Shown here piece by piece: positions 24,401-31,790 of a DNA stretch of 36,688 bases. A program made the translations under genes and the position numbers. Positions within the stretch are counted from its first letter, which is position 1. Every line of letters starts with the position of its first letter. This DNA comes from a virus (Duplodnaviria > Caudoviricetes), in IMG/VR virus record IMGVR_UViG_3300032237_000091, positions 1 to 36,688 of that record. One strand, written 5' to 3'. The notes under the pieces are model-generated. The model saw only the letters and a program-made list of their open reading frames with translations. It ran no database searches and was not told the origin of the DNA.

Positions 24401-26260
24401 TTTAGCGATAGGTGGTCCATCAATGATTTCTATGCCATTACCTTTAAGCACTTGTCCTGATGGTGCGGATAATTCAAACCCTTTAGACGGCGTTTCGTCA
24501 ATTATTTCTCTTTGTGTATTAGTATCCGCTGTGCCAAAATCAAATCCTTCTTGTTTAAAAGAAACTTTAGGCGGTGTCGGCGTAGTTTGGTCAGGTGTAG
24601 TTTGGTCAGGTGTAGTTTGGTCAGGCGCATTAAAATCAAATCCACCTTGTTTTGAAACACCTTTAGAAGCTAAAACTTTAGGTTCTGGTGTTGTTTGTTG
24701 TGTTTCTTGTAAAGCTTTTAACGCCGCCCTATTACGATTTACTACGTTAACAGCTTCTTGATAGTGTGCATCATCTGGGTTTTCTCGCAGCCAATTTTCA
24801 CCACTTCTAATGACTTTAATAAGATTTTGTTCTTCTTCTGTAACTTCTCGTTTTGCAGCTTGACCTTTATCTACTGTAGTGGCACCCGTAAGGTTTTGCT
24901 CACGTCTCCACATATCCTCGTACATATTAATTTCTTTTTCCGAGGTAGGGATTATGTCGTGCTCTTTTAACCAATTATTAAATTGTTCTTTTTCAATTAA
25001 TGCACGCTGCTGTACGCTTTCTCCACCTGCAGTTCCTTCAGTAGATGTATTAGTTGTATCCAGTCCTGATGCGTTAAGTTCTCCAGTTCCTCCGGCAGTT
25101 TGGTCTGTTCCGACTTCTTGCTCGTTAAATGCAAGAACGCCCTGCTTACTAACTCCGGTGTCAGCTCCAGTACTCTCATATTCGGCTCCTTCATCAAAAG
25201 TATTTTTACCTGTTGATTGCGCTTCTTCCCTAGCTTGAATATTTTCTACCTTAGCTTGTGCGTATCCTTTTATACTTCTAGATGCAGCACCTATACTACC
25301 TCCAGCAGCGGCAGCTCCAAAAAATGCTTCTTTGTATTCTTTATAAGCATCTTCGCCAGTAAGAGATAATCCCGCTTGATATCGTTCAGCTGCCTGCTCT
25401 AAAACTTCTAGTGGGGCTTCAGCAATAATACCAACACCTGCTCCTACAGCGGCACGTTTACCTACCTGTGCCGCTATCTGTCTTGCACTTAATTCTTTTA
25501 GTATTTCTTGTCCAGCTTTTTTCTCTGCCATACCACCAAGCCCAGCAGTAAACCTATCAGCAAAATATCCAAGTGGTGCAGTTCCTGCAGCAACTAAAGC
25601 GGCTTTAGTTACTTCTAATTCTTTGGGGTCTTGTTTTTCTTCAGCTTGTCGGGCTAAAAAATGTCCAAACTGTTGAATACCATAAGTACCAATACCAACT
25701 AATGCCCCTCCAACTGGAGATAAAAATGGAGTTGCAACGGCACCAGCGGCTAAAGGTCCAGCCATTTCAGGAGCGGATTGTAAAAGCTGTTGTGATATAT
25801 ATTTTGGTACTTGTCCAGCTGCTGATGCTAAACCTTTCTCTTCGTATATGCGTTCTAAATCAGCAACACTTAATCCGGGTTTTTCTTCAACTTTTTTATT
25901 CTCGGCTTTGATTGCTTCCATTTTTTTGCGGGCAGCTTCTTCATTGCCTAACACAGATGATGCGGCTAGGCTTATACCTGCACCGGATTCTTCGTATCCA
26001 CCAAGACCACGTTTTAATGATTCTAAAGAGCCTTCAAGGTAACCAACATCTTCAGGTTTTTTCTGTTGTACTATTGGTTTCTCTTCTTCTTTTTTAACTC
26101 CACCAAATCCATACTTAGCCCGTATAGCTTCTTGTGTAGCTGGGTTAGCATCGGCATATAGCGGATCTTGAGGCGCATACTTATTAAATATGGCTTCTTT
26201 AGTTGCTTGGTTAGCACCCGTATAGTTTGGGTCTTGTAAAACTTCTAGTAAGCTAGGCAT
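18443..26260 (-). CDS. giant internal virion / polyvalent protein (2605 aa)
   Basis: Ala/Gly-rich N-terminus; HEVAH...DEFVAEAF zincin; PLKRFG motif; helical C-terminal region; last gene of the ejection cluster. Confidence 0.85.
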   Translation of the reverse strand: MPSLLEVLQDPNYTGANQATKEAIFNKYAPQDPLYADANPATQEAIRAKYGFGGVKKEEEKPIVQQKKPEDVGYLEGSLESLKRGLGGYEESGAGISLAASSVLGNEEAARKKMEAIKAENKKVEEKPGLSVADLERIYEEKGLASAAGQVPKYISQQLLQSAPEMAGPLAAGAVATPFLSPVGGALVGIGTYGIQQFGHFLARQAEEKQDPKELEVTKAALVAAGTAPLGYFADRFTAGLGGMAEKKAGQEILKELSARQIAAQVGKRAAVGAGVGIIAEAPLEVLEQAAERYQAGLSLTGEDAYKEYKEAFFGAAAAGGSIGAASRSIKGYAQAKVENIQAREEAQSTGKNTFDEGAEYESTGADTGVSKQGVLAFNEQEVGTDQTAGGTGELNASGLDTTNTSTEGTAGGESVQQRALIEKEQFNNWLKEHDIIPTSEKEINMYEDMWRREQNLTGATTVDKGQAAKREVTEEEQNLIKVIRSGENWLRENPDDAHYQEAVNVVNRNRAALKALQETQQTTPEPKVLASKGVSKQGGFDFNAPDQTTPDQTTPDQTTPTPPKVSFKQEGFDFGTADTNTQREIIDETPSKGFELSAPSGQVLKGNGIEIIDGPPIAKLDLATENIDSVEAFINSIKPDTQTEQQLQNIDVDKKSILKTIKEFLGLPITYKPQLTEEEKAQGITEKPLAIERGAELDEDTFNRRLGVINTFFNTLSLAPQERQQRLQDLRKALPGLNVQQQKQAFAEFFNIKNLNSARGIKELRSSLEEWLDKYEGALLGEGKGNAVLGEGRYGIGWRKGQYVVRTGDKINFGPVMKAALDRLKSKHPDQRTPEEKAAYIFFSRKSPYEQPFVFALRNAAYLLNKSKINKKGELIKQGPVYKGETKENAVLFRKWLKENAPDKILDYFDATAQDFRTQFEKAEKISEQMRKNKAATKEGVSGRYMPWLYREPTGKTQGLQPGAGLTKYMKESKGTVINPEDFVELGVNIDLIGKRGQVLRPDLLNPDAFAPLHPAVESCIANNDLNGALKIIATSADAYTRGVAEKFLSLGLKTATVFDKQDTISIDYINWAYSSENSSRAKVFNFLKDTVPNLETNVIKIPTTIAEMQEQLSMLENLQNYDLITPIKLDLEAVIKSYSNVLDVYFTAKGAYYSGIDTINLNRNLVISNNDFIHEVAHAASVYALAPSNFEKLTPKQQKAVSELKKLFEIAKNSIEGQNILDTYGLTDIDEFVAEAFSNVEFQRLLKRIPYKRYFDPTKMNAKNAPLFKGAENRDAVLSPKAQKQTTLETIKTLAEKLYKDNYFKQDNNLLWDASLKLKTKIIPSIDFKEMQIAELKNDLIPNSISLEQKAKRERVLAAFEKELADLYAQATNVLEPIGFSPKAQKQTQKDLFGEEFDITKEQEVRTLQEDNELAIARAERRAAQQRKKAGIKEYEVDTSAFSEFVYVDNKFNVDNYLDLFYNDDIPREGAPGYYDKIRFPENKKEDFEYAYNQAKDRGQSSFKFPVNKKEFVTFPILDKPVSPPAENLWDKFTNLISRLIGLDNVLGHTLANANIILQATPAVDYASDVQNALVYASKGKPNTMALNGTRQTAPPRQGFVDRIFSGRPTWEAMKTSMPFWLESLDDSLRKHYLGAFTLRQLDDMVGRRLPPFTEFIQNVENMLDARNSVLTETKKVIKPWQKFQEKHPELAKTLNLLMIDATVETIDPSKFTATNYYGMGSLDAFNALSDNDKNKRRALDKSYKDIGVDGQNIYNKVKDFYADRLAAYKESLLARVSEVIKAELITPEKQNITEEEIKAHPSYKKIDEYFKRHTLEPYFPLKRFGDYWLVVNKSKGQAKEFYQFESALERNAFAKKRKEEIGKDVEIDMGNSLRDAKWKSSIKDLEFLKELKDLVRTGKGDDVKTLKGNLEEALENLYLLQLPDQNVRKMFLPRKNTAGMDQDMLRAFSSSAFHMAYQHSRFTFGPKLFTSVKQSEDYLTGMGNPAEEKKLRDYINELSKRVDFIMNPPDTGKLPSFLSNVSFIWYMTAPASALVNMLGVVAVGQPVLATRFGQAQTAKTMIGYAKRVGKSGFKAKDENGNETWAFPSIARDPNLTDVQKKAIERFTADGLFDITLSHDIVGLAESSSNLYTGRSQKVMGVLSGLFHGAEKFNREVVAMSAFDMAMEKYAKPENGGYKGDKLFKKAVEVTKDLTYKSMFDYSTLNKPRFFQGKWAKVALQFKQFSQQMSYLIGRSGLEGFSKMYNYDVLIAKEKQLGPNQQLPELEEVRQQINAIQRDNGEPEYQGAALEAQLKKYYDELRREGRDRLYGTLGMTFAFAGTTGLPGWWALSKLAEALEAVFCDDADDEKPFDFNNWYKNWLSDNFGGFWGDSISRGIMSQVSGVNLADRMGLNDLWFRDPRASKDETDALQNMLIGLMGPSVGLMVSATDAMKQMREGHLERAMETMSPAILKDILKAGRFSETFGEGKATTLKGDVLIDDFGVGEVAAQALGFSSERLAQRQKANIEMKTAEQEILTKRQALLNAFFMSIDNSDDDLRERTIEKIIKFNSSNPGASITGSNLSRSVLNRYRQRSLAQITGGMNIQKKLIGELGGMAAYGDE
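24582..24625. repeat. 15-bp tandem repeat x3 encoding PDQTT
   Basis: GTAGTTTGGTCAGG(T) repeated three times. Confidence 0.95.
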
Positions 26261-29100
26261 TATTTTCCACCAAGTAATGGATTTTTAGTATCTACTGTTC
26301 CCTTATCTTTTGTTGATGCTGGCGGTGGTGGCGTTATTAATGAACTACCTGAATTTGCATAAGCTAAATATTCATTAATTAAATCTTGACGCATAGTTTT
26401 AGCTTTTTCTCTATCTTCAGGTTTTTTACTATTTAAAAGCGCCATATATTGTGTAGCCATACCTCCAGTACCTAAAGTCTGGTCTGCAAAGTGAGCCGCA
26501 TTAAGTTTAAGTGTAGCATCTTTATTACCAACGCCTTTAAACACAGCAAGCGCATCGCCAATAGATACTTTATGAGTTTCAGCATAATCCCTAACAGCGT
26601 CTTCTTCAAATTTACGAGCAGCATTATGGGCAGCTGCGGTAGTAGCCGCAGATCTTTCACGACTTGCATTATCCATTCTATGTGTTTCAAGTGTGTTTAA
26701 CAAAGTAGCATTATCTTTAACCGCTGCCAATTTATAGCTTTCAGCTTTTTCATAATGTGTTTGAGCTTTATCAATATCACCTTTAGCTTCAGCACGTTGT
26801 GCTTTTTTAATCTCAGCAGCTTGTTTAATTAAACTATCATTAAGATCATCGTACTTGTTTTGGATTTCGCCTTGACCCAACATATAAGATTTAGCGCCTT
26901 CAGTTGCCGCAGTACCTAAACCACCAACAGTACTACCAAATTTTAAAAATGCTAAAGCCTCATTCATTCGCTCTGCTCGGCGTTGTTTGTCAGATAAACC
27001 TGCCCTACGTTCTTGAACATATTTTTGTTGTTCTAATTCTTCAGGAGAAAGATTAGCTTGTACATTCTGCAGCCCCGATGACATTAACGCTTGTTGCGTT
27101 GCAAGAGCTTCTTGAGGAGTTGCAAATCCTTTTGTTGCTTCAGCAGCGGCGGCATTTAACCCATACGGGTCTTTAACTTCAGTTCCTGTAGCAAATCTAG
27201 GTATAATTCCTCCCTCAGCCATGTTCATGCCTAAGTCACCAGTATTGCCCGCAGCTACGCCAGACATATTTTGACCAAGTTGGTCTTCTGCTTGTTTAGT
27301 AGCAATAAGTTGTTTAATGCCGGGGCTAGTTGTTTGTTGCATTAACTTAGGTAATTGCTTTTGTCCTTGTTGAGCATAAGCATCAGACTGTGCAATATCA
27401 TCAATCTTATTTTCTAAGCCAACTAAAACACCAGACTTATATCTTGGTATATCTGCAATACCGCCTTTAGCCATTGCTTTAATTTCACCGCCTTTTTTCT
27501 TACCAGCATAAGCGTTATATGCACCCAATAATCCGGCAGCTTGTTGCGCAACAGGAGCTTGAGCTTGATAAGATTGAACCGCAGTCGATTGCATTGGCAG
27601 ACCACGCAACATGTTAGACATTAAGCCTAATTGCATCATCGGATATTGCTGAGCCGTACCGTAATCTTGAACAGCTTGATTAATCTTGCTTTGTTCCAAC
27701 GCTTGTTGTTGACCGCCAAGCTGGTTTTGCATATTGTAAATACTTTGCTGACCAGAAAGTTGTTGTCCGCCTAATTGACCTAAGTTTTGTGCTGCTTGGT
27801 TAGCTTGTTGTAAACCCTGCATTCTATAGTTAGCACCAAACTGTTGCTGTCCAATGTTAGCTTGTTGCGCTTGTAATGCCGCCTGTTGATTAGCCAAAGC
27901 CGCTTGATTACGTGATTGTTGATTAGCAAGATTAGCTGCTTGACCAAACTGTCCCTGTTGAAGACCGTACTGCCCTGCTAATTGTTGATTGGCAAGGTTA
28001 GCTTGTTGTTGATTAGCCGCATTAAATTGATTTGCAGCTTGCCCAAACTGACCTTGTTGTAATCCATATTGCCCCAACAAACCTTGATTTGCAAGATTAG
28101 TTTGTTGCTGAAGTTGTGCATTCTGTAAGCCCGTGTTATAGCCCATCTGTTGATTAGCAAGACCAGCCTGTAAGTTAGCACCTTGATTAGCTTGTTGAGC
28201 CTGTAAGTTAGCTTGTTGTTGCGCATTAAACTGTTGCTGTGCATTTTGAAATGCGTTTTGATAACCCTGTCCAAGTGTAGAACCTATGGCAGTATTTAAA
28301 TTACGTTGATTTTCAGCCGCCATCAATGCTTCACGGCTACCACCAAATGCACCTTGTTTAGCCGCTTGACTTTGTTGTTGTGCGCCAGTAATACCATACT
28401 GTCTACGCATTTCAGCAATCTGTGGGTCTAATGCGCCCTGTAAATAAGGTGACATGTAGTTTTGTACATTTTGACCAGTAAAGTCTTGTGTACCTACATT
28501 TTGCGCATTTACGTTTTGTGGGCCACCAAATTGTGATGCCTGTGCTAAAGGTGCGCCTCCTAACTGTGCAGCTTGCATAGCAGCCGCTTGTGCTTGTGGA
28601 GAATTACCCAACTGAGCAGCTTGTGCTTGAGCGCCCCGCACTTGATTATATCCCGCAGACATTGGATTATAACTTGAATTTAATGCTTCTAATCCAGCCT
28701 GTTGTGCCATATTAGAGGCATCTGCAATTTGTCCGGGCATTTGCATGTTTGCTGCACCAGATTGTGCTTGTTGTTGCAACGGGCTAAATCCAGCGTAGTA
28801 ATCAGATGGACTAGAACTATATGGTTTGAAAGGCTTAAACCCAGTTATTTCTGTACTTGTTTCTCCAGTATCGGGATTAGTTGTTTTTTGTGTGTTAAAT
28901 AGTTGATTCTGTGTTGCATTAAGCATGTTTTGAACATACGGCTTAGCATACTCAGGCACATTAGTTTGATATGAAGTTGCTTGTGTTGGGGCTGGAGTTC
29001 CGCCGCCCTTACCGCCACCTTCTAAAGTTGCGGGAGCATTTTTAAATAAACTTTTTTTAAAAGCCCGTTCAGGCAGTGTTGATTCTAAATCATATCTCAT
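26260..29100 (-). CDS. Gln/Ala-rich DNA-transfer (ejection) protein, P22 gp7-like N-terminus
   Basis: Leader ending LE-GGGKGG; YMSPY...GAFGGSR motif; ANLANQQ repeats; follows a GNAT gene. Confidence 0.7.
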   Translation of the reverse strand: MRYDLESTLPERAFKKSLFKNAPATLEGGGKGGGTPAPTQATSYQTNVPEYAKPYVQNMLNATQNQLFNTQKTTNPDTGETSTEITGFKPFKPYSSSPSDYYAGFSPLQQQAQSGAANMQMPGQIADASNMAQQAGLEALNSSYNPMSAGYNQVRGAQAQAAQLGNSPQAQAAAMQAAQLGGAPLAQASQFGGPQNVNAQNVGTQDFTGQNVQNYMSPYLQGALDPQIAEMRRQYGITGAQQQSQAAKQGAFGGSREALMAAENQRNLNTAIGSTLGQGYQNAFQNAQQQFNAQQQANLQAQQANQGANLQAGLANQQMGYNTGLQNAQLQQQTNLANQGLLGQYGLQQGQFGQAANQFNAANQQQANLANQQLAGQYGLQQGQFGQAANLANQQSRNQAALANQQAALQAQQANIGQQQFGANYRMQGLQQANQAAQNLGQLGGQQLSGQQSIYNMQNQLGGQQQALEQSKINQAVQDYGTAQQYPMMQLGLMSNMLRGLPMQSTAVQSYQAQAPVAQQAAGLLGAYNAYAGKKKGGEIKAMAKGGIADIPRYKSGVLVGLENKIDDIAQSDAYAQQGQKQLPKLMQQTTSPGIKQLIATKQAEDQLGQNMSGVAAGNTGDLGMNMAEGGIIPRFATGTEVKDPYGLNAAAAEATKGFATPQEALATQQALMSSGLQNVQANLSPEELEQQKYVQERRAGLSDKQRRAERMNEALAFLKFGSTVGGLGTAATEGAKSYMLGQGEIQNKYDDLNDSLIKQAAEIKKAQRAEAKGDIDKAQTHYEKAESYKLAAVKDNATLLNTLETHRMDNASRERSAATTAAAHNAARKFEEDAVRDYAETHKVSIGDALAVFKGVGNKDATLKLNAAHFADQTLGTGGMATQYMALLNSKKPEDREKAKTMRQDLINEYLAYANSGSSLITPPPPASTKDKGTVDTKNPLLGGK

Positions 29101-29528
29101 TTTCTACGCTCCACAATCCATTTACAGTCGGCTTTATCCATATGTAATACCACTAGGTCACCACCATTATCATGCATACCTTCAAACCTTAAAGCTTCTT
29201 TAAACCCAAGCTTTCGGTCATACTCCATAGCTTTTGTATTCTTACTATTAACTATACCAAATACCTTTTCTAATCCGCAATGATTAAACGGAAAATCAAA
29301 AGCACCAAACAATAATCCTTTAGGGGTATACCCGCCCTTTAAGTTGACCATGTGCATCTGACAGGTCTTACCTATAAAAGCCGTGTACCCAATAACCCAT
29401 TCAATATTGTTATCTTGGTCAACCCAAAACAACGCTTGCAAATCATTGCAAGGCTCAACCCCAATATTATTGAGTAATATATTAGCCGCTATTTGCTTAG
29501 CTTCTAATGATTGAGCGCTTTGCAGCAT
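29097..29528 (-). CDS. GNAT-fold virion assembly protein (P22 gp14-like)
   Basis: FDFPF...V.G.V...N.KA.....KLGFK...CKW. Confidence 0.75.
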   Translation of the reverse strand: MLQSAQSLEAKQIAANILLNNIGVEPCNDLQALFWVDQDNNIEWVIGYTAFIGKTCQMHMVNLKGGYTPKGLLFGAFDFPFNHCGLEKVFGIVNSKNTKAMEYDRKLGFKEALRFEGMHDNGGDLVVLHMDKADCKWIVERRK

Positions 29529-31073
29529 TTACGCAGGCAAAAACTTATTTGCGTTAATTTGTTTGCCTTGAGCTTTTTTACCAGTTCTTGCTTGTCTTAC
29601 TTTATCCATCATAGAATATAATTTTTTAGCACCGGCTTCAGTCGAGCCATTACCTAAATGCGACACAACATCAGCAGGCACAACAAATTCACCGTCAGCT
29701 AAACGTGCTGGTTGGCGTTTTCCAATCTGTGCAGGTATATTATCGCTCATGCCGTCACCCGGACCCTTAAGCAAACGTCCACCGTCGGAATAAGAACCTA
29801 GTGTTGCAATACCACCAGATGCACCTGTATCTGAATAGTCACCGCCTAGTTTTTCTATAGCCGTTTTAGGTAAATCCGTATTTTTAACTTTTGATCTAGA
29901 TGCAATTTGTTTGTACCCAGCTTGAGCTGCGTTCCATGCAGGTAAATTTTTAGTTGTTAAGCTGGTATCGTAGAAAATACCAACATCGGGAATACCCGCA
30001 GAAGATGGTAAATGCCCACCAGAAACATAACCAGCAATACCGCCTTCACGCATAGGCTTAGTCATACCGCCTGTCATTGGGTTAGTAGCAGGTTCATAGT
30101 TTCTTACTTCCATAGCACTTGCTGGCAATTGAGTCGGATCCATAAAGTTGGTATGTTCTTGCTGACTCATTGGGTACATCTGATTAGGCTGCCCACCCAT
30201 TGCCATACCGCCTTCAGCCATTTGTCTAGGAGCATATGGGTTTTGCGCATAGTTTGCGTACTGTGCGCTATAGTATGGGTTTGGCTGGTCTGGTTGATAA
30301 CCTTTAAAATCTTTTGATAATCTAGCAAACCCCATTGGATTACTATCGGGAGATGCAAGTTGGTTTGGTACACCTTGTTGTGGTGATAAAGCGTTAGCAA
30401 CAGTATATCCAGCAGCTGGTATTGTTCCTGTTGGTGCCGCCGCCATAAATGCACTGCGTCCTGCTTCCTTACCAAGCGAAGTTACCCCTCTACCAACATT
30501 CTCTAAATAACTAGGCGAAGCAGGTATTGCAGCTTGTGCACCCGCCCCTGTAGCTGTTGATGCAGCATTACCAACACTTTGTAATCCTTGAGTGCCCATA
30601 CCTGCATTTTGCTCTGCTAACATAGCTGCTTGAGAGCCAGCTCCTGTTGACGCACCTTCTACACCTAATTGGGCTGCTGTGTTTGCCGCTGTATTTGTAG
30701 CCGCATCAGCCGCCGCTGCCCCCGCACCAGCAAGCCCACCAGCAAGCCCCGCACCACCATAAGCACCAAGACCTGCCATTAAGCCAGCATTTAAATCGTG
30801 TTTAGCTATACCGTAACCAGCACCAACCATTAAAGCCGCAGCGGGTGCGCCTATACCAGTCATCATTAAACCAGCGCCAAGCACCATAGGTAAAACAGAA
30901 TCTAAAAAGCCAGCTTCGGGTAAACCCGTATGTGGGTTAATTGTTAAAGAACCACCATGAGCCATCGCTAAATTTTGAAGTCCACGCAGTTCATTAGACG
31001 ACATATGCACGAGCTGATCATCTGGACCACGCCCATGTTTTTTTAGGTATTCCGCAGTATGTGCCAGACTCAT
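29529..31073 (-). CDS. putative internal virion protein (514 aa)
   Basis: GRGPD..LVHM, TINPHTGLPEA, Gly/Ala hydrophobic segment, GPGDGMSDNIPA..ARLADGEFVVPADVV. Confidence 0.75.
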   Translation of the reverse strand: MSLAHTAEYLKKHGRGPDDQLVHMSSNELRGLQNLAMAHGGSLTINPHTGLPEAGFLDSVLPMVLGAGLMMTGIGAPAAALMVGAGYGIAKHDLNAGLMAGLGAYGGAGLAGGLAGAGAAAADAATNTAANTAAQLGVEGASTGAGSQAAMLAEQNAGMGTQGLQSVGNAASTATGAGAQAAIPASPSYLENVGRGVTSLGKEAGRSAFMAAAPTGTIPAAGYTVANALSPQQGVPNQLASPDSNPMGFARLSKDFKGYQPDQPNPYYSAQYANYAQNPYAPRQMAEGGMAMGGQPNQMYPMSQQEHTNFMDPTQLPASAMEVRNYEPATNPMTGGMTKPMREGGIAGYVSGGHLPSSAGIPDVGIFYDTSLTTKNLPAWNAAQAGYKQIASRSKVKNTDLPKTAIEKLGGDYSDTGASGGIATLGSYSDGGRLLKGPGDGMSDNIPAQIGKRQPARLADGEFVVPADVVSHLGNGSTEAGAKKLYSMMDKVRQARTGKKAQGKQINANKFLPA

Positions 31074-31106
31074 TTTACACCTCTCTTAATTTATCATATA
31101 TTAACA

Positions 31107-31790
31107 TTAATATAACGCAGATACAAACTGGATTGTTGCAACAACCGACTGTGTAGAAGGTTTAGTTGGTGTACCGCTTGCCGCATAAAAAGGTATGGTT
31201 ACGTTGGTGCCGTCTGTCGTTGACCACACAATCTGCAAATAATCTCCTGCCGCCAAAGAAACAAAGTAATTCCAGCCTTTAATATCATGTGATGGATTAC
31301 CTGCCGACTTTCTAGGTAACATACCGACCAACCCTGTAGAACCTGAAATATCCGCTAAAGTAGCAGTTTTTGCCGTATATTGTCTTAACCAAATAAATAC
31401 ATCTTCTGTAGAATTGGCAAGGTTTTGTAACTGAACACTAAATTGTAAGTTATATAGCCCTGCGTAAGTAGGTGTAATGTTTGTATTACTAGCCACAGTA
31501 AAGCCGTTTGCAAAGTCTATTGTATTAAATGTTAATAATGTAGCCGTGTTAGTTGTTGCTGTTTGAGTTACGCTTGAAGATATAGCCGCATAAGGAAAGT
31601 TAATATACGTACCGCCAGCACCTGTACTTAACGGGGCAGCAAAGTTATCAATCTGGTTAAAGTAAAGACGTAGTACGTTAGTTAGGTTCTCTACGTATAA
31701 CTGAGTAATTTCCGTAGGCGCAACAGGTAAGTTGGGAGCCTTGGGCGGGCGTAGCGGTATTGTTTTTTGTGGGGTGACAGATGTGACCAT
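31107..31790 (-). CDS. virion structural protein with C1q/TNF-like beta-sandwich
   Basis: PNLP.AP...LRLYF N-terminus; AGLYNLQFSVQ...L.AGDY motif. Confidence 0.65.
   Translation of the reverse strand: MVTSVTPQKTIPLRPPKAPNLPVAPTEITQLYVENLTNVLRLYFNQIDNFAAPLSTGAGGTYINFPYAAISSSVTQTATTNTATLLTFNTIDFANGFTVASNTNITPTYAGLYNLQFSVQLQNLANSTEDVFIWLRQYTAKTATLADISGSTGLVGMLPRKSAGNPSHDIKGWNYFVSLAAGDYLQIVWSTTDGTNVTIPFYAASGTPTKPSTQSVVATIQFVSALY

Noticed and set aside
31074-31130. Possible minus-strand promoter before the 514-aa gene
   Set aside because: AT-rich with several weak -10 candidates; spacing is ambiguous.
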